Made by a program: the position numbers and the translations under genes
From: an uncultured Methanosarcinales archaeon
Lineage (GTDB): Archaea; Nanobdellota; Nanobdellia; Woesearchaeales; JAGLXL01
Length of the DNA: 64,000 bases
Direction of reading: 5' to 3'
NCBI GenBank assembly: GCA_964384425.1
Contig: CAYLKE010000004.1
Span: 6,511-70,510 of the forward strand
Shown: in pieces, positions 29,325 to 38,810 of the stretch
Layout: the number at the start of each line of letters is the position of its first letter
Numbering within the stretch: position 1 is the first letter of the stretch
Notes under the pieces: generated by a model
What the model was told of the DNA's origin: nothing
Seen by the model: only the letters and a program-made list of their open reading frames with translations
Databases searched by the model: none

Positions 29325-29533
29325 AATATCACCTCAGTTTTTATTGGTGTATGATTTATGTGTTTTTATACTTTGCTATAATCTATGCGTATTTTATTAT
29401 AATATTACTATTTTTTTGTTATGGATTTTGTTTATCAAATCTATTGTAATTTAATTTTATGCAATTGATTAATTATCAATAGAGGTATTTGTATTTGTTT
29501 TTACACACACTCTCAGTAAATATAATCATAATT

Positions 29534-29696
29534 GTTGCATGATTACTATTTAACATACACTTAGCTGATAACTGTATTTTGTTATAATTACGAGTTAGTG
29601 CATTTGACATAATTACTATTCAGCACATAGCTGTTCACCTAAGAAAATTTAATTATGAATATATTGCATTTGATATAATTACTATTCAGCACATAG
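29534..29696. promoter_or_regulatory. Three ~32-bp direct repeats (tgcatttga(c/t)ataattactattcagcacatag; third copy degenerate) at ~65-bp spacing in the 560-bp divergent intergenic region upstream of the pilin-like operon
   Basis: Copies at 29599-29630 and 29665-29696 differ at one base. A degenerate copy lies at 29534-29560. Confidence 0.45.
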
Positions 29697-29886
29697 AGTT
29701 TATTGTGCGAAACATTTATATATATTTTATAATAAATAGTAATGTAAGATAAATAGTTAGATTAGTGTATTAAATTGGTGTGTTAAAAGTTGATATGTAT
29801 TAAATTAAATAAATTGCATAATATTAACCAATATTAAAACACATATTAATTAAATATCAAATAATTTATTTTCAAATAATAGGTTT

Positions 29887-31773
29887 ATGATGGAAAAAAG
29901 AGGTCAGGTGACAATATTTATTATAGTAGGTATAATATTATTGGTTTCTATTGGATTAGTTTTTGTTTTCAGAAGTGAGCTTATTTCTGAAACTAAAATA
30001 TCTTATCCTGCAGAAGTTGAACCTGTTGCATTTGCAGTAAGAGATTGTTTACAACAAAAAGCAGATGAAGGTTTAGCATTACTTGGAAGTCAGGCAGGAT
30101 ATATTTATATTCCTCCTCAAATATTAGATGATAGTAATCTTAATGCTGATATTGGTATAAAAATACCTTACTGGAAAAAAGGAGATATAGTAAACATACC
30201 TTCTCTTGATAAAATGAGTTTTGATCTTAACAAATATATTGAAGTTAATCTAAAAGATTGTATGGGTAATTTTTCTGATTTTAGAGATTATGAAGTTATT
30301 GAAACTTCTCCTTTATCTGTAAATACCTCAATAGGTGATGAGGCAGTTGTATTTTCAATGAATTATCCTCTCAAAATAAGATTATTTTCTGATGGATCTG
30401 AGTATGATATTTCTCAATTTGAATATATTTCAAATATTAAATTAAAAAAACTTTGGTTATTATCTAAAGAAATCATGGAAAAAGAAATTGCAACAAAAAA
30501 ATTAGGAGATACAACATTTGATCTTATGGCAATGGATACAAAAATACCTGTTAATGGATATGATTTTAGTTGTGATAAAAAAGAATGGAAAATATCTGAT
30601 GTAGAAGACAGATTAAGAAAATTATTAGCATTTAACTTACCTTTATTAAGAATAAAGAAAACCCCAATAGAACAATTTCCTGATGAATATGAATATATGA
30701 ATACTCACTATATATGGGATGCAACAGATTTTGAATATGATGATGTGTCTGTTAGTTTTGGAATGATGGAAACTGAACCTTTAATGATGCATGTTTCGCC
30801 TTCAAAAGGAGAATACATAAAAAGTGGTGTTATAGAATCTCCTGATAAAAATAAATTAAGTCAATTAGGTATAGATACATCTGCTTTGCTTTCATTGGTT
30901 TGTTTTCAATTATGGAAATTTAATTATGATGTTTCCTATACTGCTTTTGCAAATGTTTTAGATGAATCAACAGGTTTTAAATTTACATTTCTATTTGATG
31001 TAAATGTAGAAGATAATGCTCCAGTTGATACTAGCAATGTACAAGTTGATTATGAAACTTATGTTGAAAAAACAAGTAATGAAGATTTTTGTGATGATAA
31101 AGTTAATGACTTAACAATATATACAAATGAATTTACTAATAATGATAATTATGGTGGAAGTCTTAATAATGTTGAATTGACATTTGATTGCATGCAATAC
31201 TCTTGTGATTTAGGTGACTCAATACCTATTGAAGGAGCATCTGGACTTAAAGTAAAACTACCTAGATGTACTTATGGTTATGTAAGAGCTAATAAAGAAG
31301 GATTTTTAGATGATGAAGAAGTTATTGAAATAGGACAAGAAAAAGTAGATATTAATCTTGTTCCTATACATAAATTAAATAATTTTGTAGTAAAAAAATA
31401 TATTTGGAATGAAAATATAAATGATTGGTTTATAGACGATATAACTGGATCAGATTATGCACTTGTATCTTTAAGAGGTAGTTTAAATAAAGGTGGAGAA
31501 AGTGTTGATTTAGGATCAAGTACAACTTATCCTTTTGAAGAAAGTGTACAAAATTATCTTGAAATATTTTCAGGATCTGATGTAAATTATATTGTTGATG
31601 TTAATTTATTAAGGTCTGGTAAAGTTATAGGAACATATAGTGGAAATTGGAATGTTTCTTGGCAAGATATTTTATTAGGAGAAGAGGTTATTATTCCAGT
31701 TATATTTAATTCAGATAGTCAAGAAATTTTAAATCTTAATAAATCACTAATACCTGAGATAGAGATAAGATGA
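29887..31773 (+). CDS. Large (628 aa) archaeal type IV pilin-like protein with class III signal peptide
   Basis: N-terminus MMEKRGQVTIFIIVGIILLVSIGLVFVF has a KRG|Q prepilin-peptidase-type cleavage motif followed by a ~22-aa hydrophobic helix. 4-nt ATGA overlap with the next gene. Confidence 0.6.
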   Translation: MMEKRGQVTIFIIVGIILLVSIGLVFVFRSELISETKISYPAEVEPVAFAVRDCLQQKADEGLALLGSQAGYIYIPPQILDDSNLNADIGIKIPYWKKGDIVNIPSLDKMSFDLNKYIEVNLKDCMGNFSDFRDYEVIETSPLSVNTSIGDEAVVFSMNYPLKIRLFSDGSEYDISQFEYISNIKLKKLWLLSKEIMEKEIATKKLGDTTFDLMAMDTKIPVNGYDFSCDKKEWKISDVEDRLRKLLAFNLPLLRIKKTPIEQFPDEYEYMNTHYIWDATDFEYDDVSVSFGMMETEPLMMHVSPSKGEYIKSGVIESPDKNKLSQLGIDTSALLSLVCFQLWKFNYDVSYTAFANVLDESTGFKFTFLFDVNVEDNAPVDTSNVQVDYETYVEKTSNEDFCDDKVNDLTIYTNEFTNNDNYGGSLNNVELTFDCMQYSCDLGDSIPIEGASGLKVKLPRCTYGYVRANKEGFLDDEEVIEIGQEKVDINLVPIHKLNNFVVKKYIWNENINDWFIDDITGSDYALVSLRGSLNKGGESVDLGSSTTYPFEESVQNYLEIFSGSDVNYIVDVNLLRSGKVIGTYSGNWNVSWQDILLGEEVIIPVIFNSDSQEILNLNKSLIPEIEIR

Positions 31774-34700
31774 ATATAAAAAAAGGATTTATGATTGTAG
31801 TTTTGTTTATTTTGTCAGTCACATTTGTGTCTGGGCTTGTTACAGAAAATATAGATGTAACTTCTATAACTGATAAAAGTGCAGTTGTTTCAATTCAAGC
31901 AGATGAAACTTCAACAGCAATTGTAAGATATTGGCCAGAAGGAGGGAGTGTAAAGCAAGTAAGATCCTCATCTTCTAATAAAAAACATGAAATTACTTTA
32001 GGTGGTTTAGCAACAAATACTAAGTATTATTATAATCTAACTTTATATGGGGAAGGAGATAATATTTTTAATAACAATAATGTAGGACAACAATTTACAT
32101 TTACAACTGCTTCTGAAGATAATTTTGCACCATTTATTGATATAAATCTTCCTGATTCTTATGATAGAAAGCAAATAAGTATTCTTGGGAAAACAGAACA
32201 GAATTCACACATTACTCTTAGAGTAAATAATGAAGTTATTGGAGAAATGGATGATGATGTTGGAGAGTTTTATTTTCATCATGTTGTTTTAAATGAAAAT
32301 TCACAAAATGATATTTATATTGAAATAGAGGATAATAGGGGCAATAAAGAAACATATTCAAAAACAATATTTGTTGATACCATACCTCCAAATCTTAATG
32401 TTACAACATCTCCTGAAGGAGATTTAATAAATAAAAGTCAAATCACAATAATAGGAAATGTTTCTGAATCTTCACAAATAATTGTTACAATAAATGGTGA
32501 AGAAAAAATAAATACTTCTGGAAGATCATTTGAATCTTCTGTTCAATTGATTGATGGAAGAAATTATATTTCAGTAAAAGCTGTTGATAATGCTGGATGG
32601 AGTACAAAATATGAAAGAACAATAATTGCTGATTTTAAAGATCCTGAAATAACTGAGATAAGACCTAAATTAGATGATATGTTTTTTTATGAAGGAAGTG
32701 GATATAGGTCAGTAAGTGGAAAAACAGAACCTAATTCAAAAGTTTATATTTATGTTGATCCAATTTTAACACCTAGACCTTCTGATGCAACAATTGTAGG
32801 AGATTATTCATATCATACAACTACAGATGAGAATGGAAATTTTAATTTTGATATTGTTGATTTACAACATGGAAAAGACATAGGTAGAAGATTTACTATT
32901 CAAGAGACAGATGATGATCTCAGTATAACTAGAAATAAAAAAATTGATGTTTATGTAACTGTTGAAGACAAGGTAGGACATAAAACAACAAAAAAATATA
33001 CTCTTTCTGTTGGGAATTGCAATGAAGGTTCTTTTGTATTTGCAGTTAATAATCTAGTTGATTATCAATCTCCTAAATATTTTAGTTTAGAAAGAATGAA
33101 GCAAGGAACAGAAGTATTTTCATTTGTACTTGATTTAGAATATAATGGTGCTGCACAAAATAATAAACTCAAACCTTCAGTTGAGGAAATAAAAGATAAT
33201 TATTATCAAATAAGATCTGTAAGTTTAGATTCTGCTTGTAAGGCAGGAGCATATGGAGAAAGTAATAGTTATACTTGGGCATGTGAGGTTCTTCCTTCTC
33301 GTCCAAAAATAGCAATGCCATTGAATGCAGAAAAAACAAGATGGTTTTTTAGTTATGACCTTAAAAAATTAAGTTATGAAGATTTTGATAAGTTATCTCT
33401 TATTGATATGAATATTACTAAAAATGATACTTCTGTTGTTTCAGATAAAGCAGTTGAAAGATTTGAGGAATTAAAAAAGAATGCTTTATCTGTTTTTAAT
33501 AAAGATACAAATGGGGAACTTAAGTTTCCATTTAAAGTAAAAATATCTTATCAAGAAAAAATATTTTCTAAAAAACTTGAGACAAAATCTCAGACAAGTT
33601 GTACAGAAGTTGCAAACTATATGGATGTTGTAAGAACAGAAGATTTCCCAAGTTTAATTCCAGATAATATTATTGATGATGCTTCAAAAGAGATAAATAA
33701 TAGTATAAAAGAAATCGAATATTTCCAGACAAATTATCTTATGAAAGCAATAGAATATGTTAATTATGCTTGTATTGGAAGTACTGTTTCATTATTTGCA
33801 TTTAAGATATATAGGAATTTTCAAGAACTTAGTGCAATAACTGCTTGTATTGCTGGAGAATCTCAAGGAAAAACTTGTTCTCTTGGAAAAAATCCAGTAA
33901 CTGCAATAGATAAACTAAACAAATGTTATTATACTGGGTCTGAAGATCCTATAAAAAAATCAAAACAAGATTATGTGTTGGGGACATGTAAAACTGTACA
34001 AAATCCTACTGGAGAAAGAAAATCACTTACTTCACTTACCTTAACAAATCCTGAATTTTCAATTGTTCAAAGTGCATGGAATTATGAAGAAAGATTATGG
34101 TATATTATGAGATGGGCTTGTGATAGGACATTATGTAGGGTGACACCTGCAAGATGGACAGAAGATAGAACAATAGAAGATATAAGGAGTATAAAATCAA
34201 ATGAACAAAAATGTGCTGTTGATTTAGGAAATGTAAGGTCTTTAAGAAAAATAGATAGTTGTGGTGATAATTACAAAGATTTATTACAAAAAAGTTTTCA
34301 AAAACAAGAAAATTGTTATAAATTAGATAATTGTCTTTACAAATTAGATCCAGGAAATAACAAACTAATACTTATTTCTAAAGAAACAAAAGATAAAAAC
34401 AATGTAACTGATTGTGAAAAAAATCTTAAATACAATAAAGTTGGAGATAGTGTTTATACTTCTTTACAAGAAACATGTAATCAAATTTGTGGAAGAGCTG
34501 AAGGATGGGAAGGAAAATGCATGAAGAAAGATTTTGAAAAAGATTCTGCTTATAAAAAAGATACAGCATATTATTCAGGAGGATGGACAAGAGATTGTGC
34601 AACTAAAGATAATCAAATATGTGTATGTTATAGAAATGATACAAAAATAGTTTCAAAAGAAATAAAAGATGTTCAGAAAAGAGGTGCTGCTTATGCTGGT

Positions 34701-37070
34701 ATTGGAAAAGATGAATATTATTCGGGAAGTAGTGGTGCAGATAAATCTACTTTAGGTAGTGGTTGGAAATTTAATTACAGAGAAAATAGATTATATTTAG
34801 AAAATAATGGAAAATCTGGAATCTATTATCCTAAGGAAAGATTTTATTCTGGTAGAGATGAGCCAGGTGCATTAGGAATGTCTCATTTATTTGATATGTT
34901 TAGAGACGAGAAAAAAATATCCGAATTAAATCCTTATGTTGATTATATATCTCCATTTTTCCCACAACTTTGTTTAACTGGAATGAATGCAAGAATAAAT
35001 TTACTTAAGAATCATCTTAAAATGTTTCAAAAATGTATGGAACAAACAAAAACAACAGGAGATGCAAATTCAGCTACATGTAAGAAAATATTTAGTCAAG
35101 GATTATGTAATTTATTATCTACTTTATTTTTATCACAAGAAAAAGGATGTTTTGGAAAACCTATGTCTGCTTCACAAGGAAAAGATGGAGGAGCTCCTTC
35201 AACATTAGCTCTTTTAAGAACTGCTATAGGAAGTGCAACAAAAGATATGGAAAATAGTCTTAAAGCAGATTATGGAGAAGAAATGGGACTTGCATCCTAT
35301 CTTGAAGGAGGAAGTGTAAGTATTGCAAAAAACATTTGTCTTTTTGCATTAGGAATAGATATAAATCTTGATTTAGAAGCTATGGCAACTGTAACAATGG
35401 GATCTGAAGTTCCTTCAAGAACATCTGTATTAGTATTAACTAAATCAGGACAAGCAGGTGAAAGACAGATGCTTTCATTTAATCCAGCAAATGGAAATGC
35501 AATATATGCTTATGATGCTGCATGGACAATATCTTCTGGATGTGATTTAGATTACAACATATATCTATCTGCTGTTACAGACAAAGAAGTTAGAGAAAAT
35601 AATTTAGATTGTACAATAGTCAATGCAGCAATTGAAGGAAGTAATGGATGCGATAACTTTAATGGAAATACTGAAGTAACTTCTTTATTTTATTCTCAAT
35701 CAGGACTAGAAAATGGTCAATGGGTTGATAAATCAAAATCAGTTAATATAAATTCAAATAGAAGATATGATCATATAAAGATTGTGTTTAGACCAAAAAC
35801 TAATGTAGATATTTCAAAATGCTTTCCAAAAGAATATATTAAGGGAAATCAAGCTGTTATGTATTTCCCAATAAAAGAACAGTTTTCACTTGCAGATCAA
35901 TATGGATGTAGTGTGCAAAGTAATGGTGAATTTAAATGCACTGCTTTTGGAATAAGTGGCCAGAAACAAGCATGGATTCAGGATGTAAAATGTTTTAATC
36001 AAAGAACTTATGAATATGAAGATTGTAGTAGGGTTGAGATGCATTTGGGTGATCCTGTAAAATTAGCAGCAGAGGTTTATACTGATGGAAACAAATATTG
36101 TTTAGGTGGACAACTTACTGGAGATGAACAAAAGATATTGCCTGTTATAGGAGCAGGAAGACCTGAAACATTTGATGTTAAGATAACTCTTGATGATAAT
36201 ATTACCTTGCAAGATTTTATGTCTAATCTTAAGAATAGTGTGTGGGTAAGTAGTAAGGTTAATGTAAGTGCTGTGGGTATTGAATTTGTAAGTGCTGCAA
36301 GTGAAACAAAGAGTGGGGAAGTGAAGATAGGGTATCAGAAAAGTGGTTCACAATATAAGTTTACATTGCCTAAAAATAGTGGAATAAATTCAAAACCTTT
36401 TAATGATGGAGAATATTCTCTAACAGAAATTTCTCGTTATACAATAGATTATAATGGATATAAATTTAAGATAAAAGAATTCATTCCTTCAAAAGATAAA
36501 GGGTATTTTGTTATAAGAACTTCTGCAATAAGAGCAAGTGAGGGTTTTGGAAGAGATGCTTCTTTAAGTTTATATTATCCAAAGGAAGGGACAAGTACTT
36601 GTGTAAAAGGTCAGATGATATCTGTCACACTTCCAGAAGGAATGGCTTATCCAACTTCAAGAACAGTAAATCTTAAATTTAAGCAAACAGATGAAGTTAT
36701 TGAAGGAGCTCAGAAATATTATGACGCTGGAAAGAAAGCATTTAGAAAATGGGCAAGTAATTATACAGATAGTAAAACAGCTGAGTTTGCTATAAGTAAT
36801 TTTAAGATAGCTGCTACAAAAGAACCTCAAGGATTTTATGATCTTAATTCACAATTTGCAATAATTACAACTTATGGTTTATTGAGTGAGAAAGCAATTA
36901 ATGATAAAGAAAAATATAAGAAAAATATGTGTGATAATTATTTTGCAACAAAACAAAAATTTGATGCTGGTTATTATTCAAAATATCCAAAAAGAGATCA
37001 ATATGAATATACTTATGATTATGATAGAATAAAAGCATATTTTGATAAATATGGGGAGATATGCAAATAA
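31770..37070 (+). CDS. Giant secreted protein (1766 aa) with Ig/FN3-like beta repeats and a Cys-rich C-terminal half; possible class III-like N-terminus (KKG|F…)
   Basis: N-terminal MNIKKGFMIVVLFILSVTFVSGLV. Repeated ~90-aa beta-rich modules. About 60 Cys in the C-terminal 1200 aa. Confidence 0.75.
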   Translation: MNIKKGFMIVVLFILSVTFVSGLVTENIDVTSITDKSAVVSIQADETSTAIVRYWPEGGSVKQVRSSSSNKKHEITLGGLATNTKYYYNLTLYGEGDNIFNNNNVGQQFTFTTASEDNFAPFIDINLPDSYDRKQISILGKTEQNSHITLRVNNEVIGEMDDDVGEFYFHHVVLNENSQNDIYIEIEDNRGNKETYSKTIFVDTIPPNLNVTTSPEGDLINKSQITIIGNVSESSQIIVTINGEEKINTSGRSFESSVQLIDGRNYISVKAVDNAGWSTKYERTIIADFKDPEITEIRPKLDDMFFYEGSGYRSVSGKTEPNSKVYIYVDPILTPRPSDATIVGDYSYHTTTDENGNFNFDIVDLQHGKDIGRRFTIQETDDDLSITRNKKIDVYVTVEDKVGHKTTKKYTLSVGNCNEGSFVFAVNNLVDYQSPKYFSLERMKQGTEVFSFVLDLEYNGAAQNNKLKPSVEEIKDNYYQIRSVSLDSACKAGAYGESNSYTWACEVLPSRPKIAMPLNAEKTRWFFSYDLKKLSYEDFDKLSLIDMNITKNDTSVVSDKAVERFEELKKNALSVFNKDTNGELKFPFKVKISYQEKIFSKKLETKSQTSCTEVANYMDVVRTEDFPSLIPDNIIDDASKEINNSIKEIEYFQTNYLMKAIEYVNYACIGSTVSLFAFKIYRNFQELSAITACIAGESQGKTCSLGKNPVTAIDKLNKCYYTGSEDPIKKSKQDYVLGTCKTVQNPTGERKSLTSLTLTNPEFSIVQSAWNYEERLWYIMRWACDRTLCRVTPARWTEDRTIEDIRSIKSNEQKCAVDLGNVRSLRKIDSCGDNYKDLLQKSFQKQENCYKLDNCLYKLDPGNNKLILISKETKDKNNVTDCEKNLKYNKVGDSVYTSLQETCNQICGRAEGWEGKCMKKDFEKDSAYKKDTAYYSGGWTRDCATKDNQICVCYRNDTKIVSKEIKDVQKRGAAYAGIGKDEYYSGSSGADKSTLGSGWKFNYRENRLYLENNGKSGIYYPKERFYSGRDEPGALGMSHLFDMFRDEKKISELNPYVDYISPFFPQLCLTGMNARINLLKNHLKMFQKCMEQTKTTGDANSATCKKIFSQGLCNLLSTLFLSQEKGCFGKPMSASQGKDGGAPSTLALLRTAIGSATKDMENSLKADYGEEMGLASYLEGGSVSIAKNICLFALGIDINLDLEAMATVTMGSEVPSRTSVLVLTKSGQAGERQMLSFNPANGNAIYAYDAAWTISSGCDLDYNIYLSAVTDKEVRENNLDCTIVNAAIEGSNGCDNFNGNTEVTSLFYSQSGLENGQWVDKSKSVNINSNRRYDHIKIVFRPKTNVDISKCFPKEYIKGNQAVMYFPIKEQFSLADQYGCSVQSNGEFKCTAFGISGQKQAWIQDVKCFNQRTYEYEDCSRVEMHLGDPVKLAAEVYTDGNKYCLGGQLTGDEQKILPVIGAGRPETFDVKITLDDNITLQDFMSNLKNSVWVSSKVNVSAVGIEFVSAASETKSGEVKIGYQKSGSQYKFTLPKNSGINSKPFNDGEYSLTEISRYTIDYNGYKFKIKEFIPSKDKGYFVIRTSAIRASEGFGRDASLSLYYPKEGTSTCVKGQMISVTLPEGMAYPTSRTVNLKFKQTDEVIEGAQKYYDAGKKAFRKWASNYTDSKTAEFAISNFKIAATKEPQGFYDLNSQFAIITTYGLLSEKAINDKEKYKKNMCDNYFATKQKFDAGYYSKYPKRDQYEYTYDYDRIKAYFDKYGEICK

Positions 37071-37128
37071 AAGATTGAAGGTGAAAATTGCAAACAATTT
37101 TCAGTCATCAATTAGGAGAGTGATAAAT

Positions 37129-37803
37129 ATGAAATATATAACACCATTCAAGAAAATGTATGAAAAGTGGTATTTAACATTATTATGTTTAGCAATAATA
37201 TTTTTATCTATGTTTTTTATAGGGGTTATTAGTGTGAGATATTCTTTACATCTTGCAGAACTCACATTAACAAATCAAATGTTTGATTCTGGTTTACAAC
37301 AGCAGGTTATGTCAACAATGCAGAATATGTTTTTGTTTATGTTACTTATATTTATTTTTAATGAAGGATTTTTATGGACATTAGGTGAAAGAATAATGCA
37401 TAGAAAACTTTCATTTTATAATTCATGGTTTAGGTGGTTAATAATAACAATAGTTACTGCTTTGTTTGTGTTATTGTTTTCAGTATTTGCTTATATGGGA
37501 TTGAATATGATTATTTATTACTTGCTGTTGTTGTTAGTGGGATATTTTGCAATAATTGCATATTCTTCTATACACCATAGATGGCCAGGGATATGGAAGT
37601 CAATTTTTAAGGTAGGGTTTAAGAAATTTTATATTGCACTTCCATTTTATTTGATTCCTGCATGGTTTTTTTATTATTTTGGTGGTTGGATGATGACAAT
37701 ATCAAATGCATTTGCTAGTGTGTTTTTATTGGTGTTTTTAGGAGTTGTTTATTTATTAATTAGATTATATTGGATATATTTATATGGAGAGATACTTGCA
37801 TAA
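37129..37803 (+). CDS. Polytopic membrane protein (6-7 TM) of unknown function
   Basis: AGGAG Shine-Dalgarno about 10 nt upstream of the ATG at 37129; the track ORF starts at a TTG at 37042 inside the previous gene. Several hydrophobic helices. Confidence 0.6.
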   Translation: MKYITPFKKMYEKWYLTLLCLAIIFLSMFFIGVISVRYSLHLAELTLTNQMFDSGLQQQVMSTMQNMFLFMLLIFIFNEGFLWTLGERIMHRKLSFYNSWFRWLIITIVTALFVLLFSVFAYMGLNMIIYYLLLLLVGYFAIIAYSSIHHRWPGIWKSIFKVGFKKFYIALPFYLIPAWFFYYFGGWMMTISNAFASVFLLVFLGVVYLLIRLYWIYLYGEILA

Positions 37804-37812
37804 TTATTAAAA

Positions 37813-38376
37813 ATGAGTAATATAACTCAAAAATGGGTAAATGTATTTAAAGCTTATTCATCAAATTATAATGGAAAGCTTTCTGCTAGTCAGATTTCTA
37901 AAAATACAAAAATACCTCAACAAACAGTTTCCAGAATAATGAATCAAATGGTTAAAGATAATGTTGTTAGATTTATTAAAGAGGGAAGAAATAAATTATT
38001 CTATCTTGATAAAAATGCAGTTACCACAAAACCTCTTGTTAAAATAATAGAATGCCAAAAATCTGTTGATTTTTTATTGAAGAATAAAAATATTTCTTTG
38101 ATTGTTAAAGATTTACTTAAGAAATTTAAATGTTTTATTATATTCGGAAGTTATGCTTCTGGTAAAAACAAAAAAAGTTCTGATTTGGATATTTTGATAT
38201 TTTCTAAGAAGAAATCAATAAGAGATATTAAATCTAAATATTCTATTGATATAAATGAACATTTTATTACTTTTGCTGAATTTAAGAGAATGAAAAATAA
38301 TACTTTAATTAAGGAAGTTATAATGAATCACGTGTTATTTGGGGATTTTGACAATGTAATTGAGGTGTTTTTATGA
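37813..38376 (+). CDS. Minimal nucleotidyltransferase (MNT) with N-terminal winged-HTH
   Basis: NTase motif IIFGSYASGKNKKSSDLDILIF (hG[GS]x9-13DhD). N-terminal HTH-like segment (LSASQISKNTKIPQQTVSRIMNQMV). Confidence 0.65.
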   Translation: MSNITQKWVNVFKAYSSNYNGKLSASQISKNTKIPQQTVSRIMNQMVKDNVVRFIKEGRNKLFYLDKNAVTTKPLVKIIECQKSVDFLLKNKNISLIVKDLLKKFKCFIIFGSYASGKNKKSSDLDILIFSKKKSIRDIKSKYSIDINEHFITFAEFKRMKNNTLIKEVIMNHVLFGDFDNVIEVFL

Positions 38377-38810
38377 AGATTAAATGGTGTTTTGAACAAA
38401 AAGGTGTTGAACTTATTGATAAAAAAGAACATCTTTCTGAATCTTATATGAAAGAAGCAGACGAAACACTTGAAAATATGTATTTAACTAAAGGAAAATG
38501 GAAAGTAATTACTGCTTATTATTCTTGCTATAATGCAATTTATTCTTTGTTGATGAAAGTAGGTATAAAATGTGAAATACCTGATTGCACTATTGAATTG
38601 ATGGAATTATTTGGATTTAGTTTGGATGATATTGAGTTTATGAAAGATCTGAAAGACGATAGAATTAAAAACCAGTACTACTTAAAGAATATTGAACTAA
38701 AAAATGAATCAAAAGTTAAAGAATTTGTTTTAAAATGTAAGGAAAAACTTTTGATGAATGATTCAGATGTTGAGAATATAAGAAAAAAGATAAAAGAGAT
38801 GATTGAATGA
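38373..38810 (+). CDS. HEPN-domain protein, cognate partner of the upstream MNT
   Basis: 4-nt overlap with the MNT gene. Helical 145-aa protein with an R-x2-N-x2-Y motif (DDRIKNQYYLKN) in place of the canonical Rx4-6H. Confidence 0.5.
   Translation: MKIKWCFEQKGVELIDKKEHLSESYMKEADETLENMYLTKGKWKVITAYYSCYNAIYSLLMKVGIKCEIPDCTIELMELFGFSLDDIEFMKDLKDDRIKNQYYLKNIELKNESKVKEFVLKCKEKLLMNDSDVENIRKKIKEMIE

Noticed and set aside
28815-29454. Two plus-strand ORFs (111 and 151 aa) encoding Phe/Leu-rich low-complexity peptides
   Set aside because: They are the antisense shadow of the Lys-rich (AAA/AAG) minus-strand gene 28698..29324. The minus-strand gene has a GAGGTGA Shine-Dalgarno motif and a structured C-terminal domain; the plus-strand frames are poly-F/L with no start context.
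37042-37128. 5' extension of the membrane-protein ORF back to a TTG at 37042, overlapping the 1766-aa gene
   Set aside because: The extension lacks a Shine-Dalgarno motif and encodes a basic non-hydrophobic leader. The ATG at 37129 has AGGAG 10 nt upstream and starts directly at the first TM helix region.
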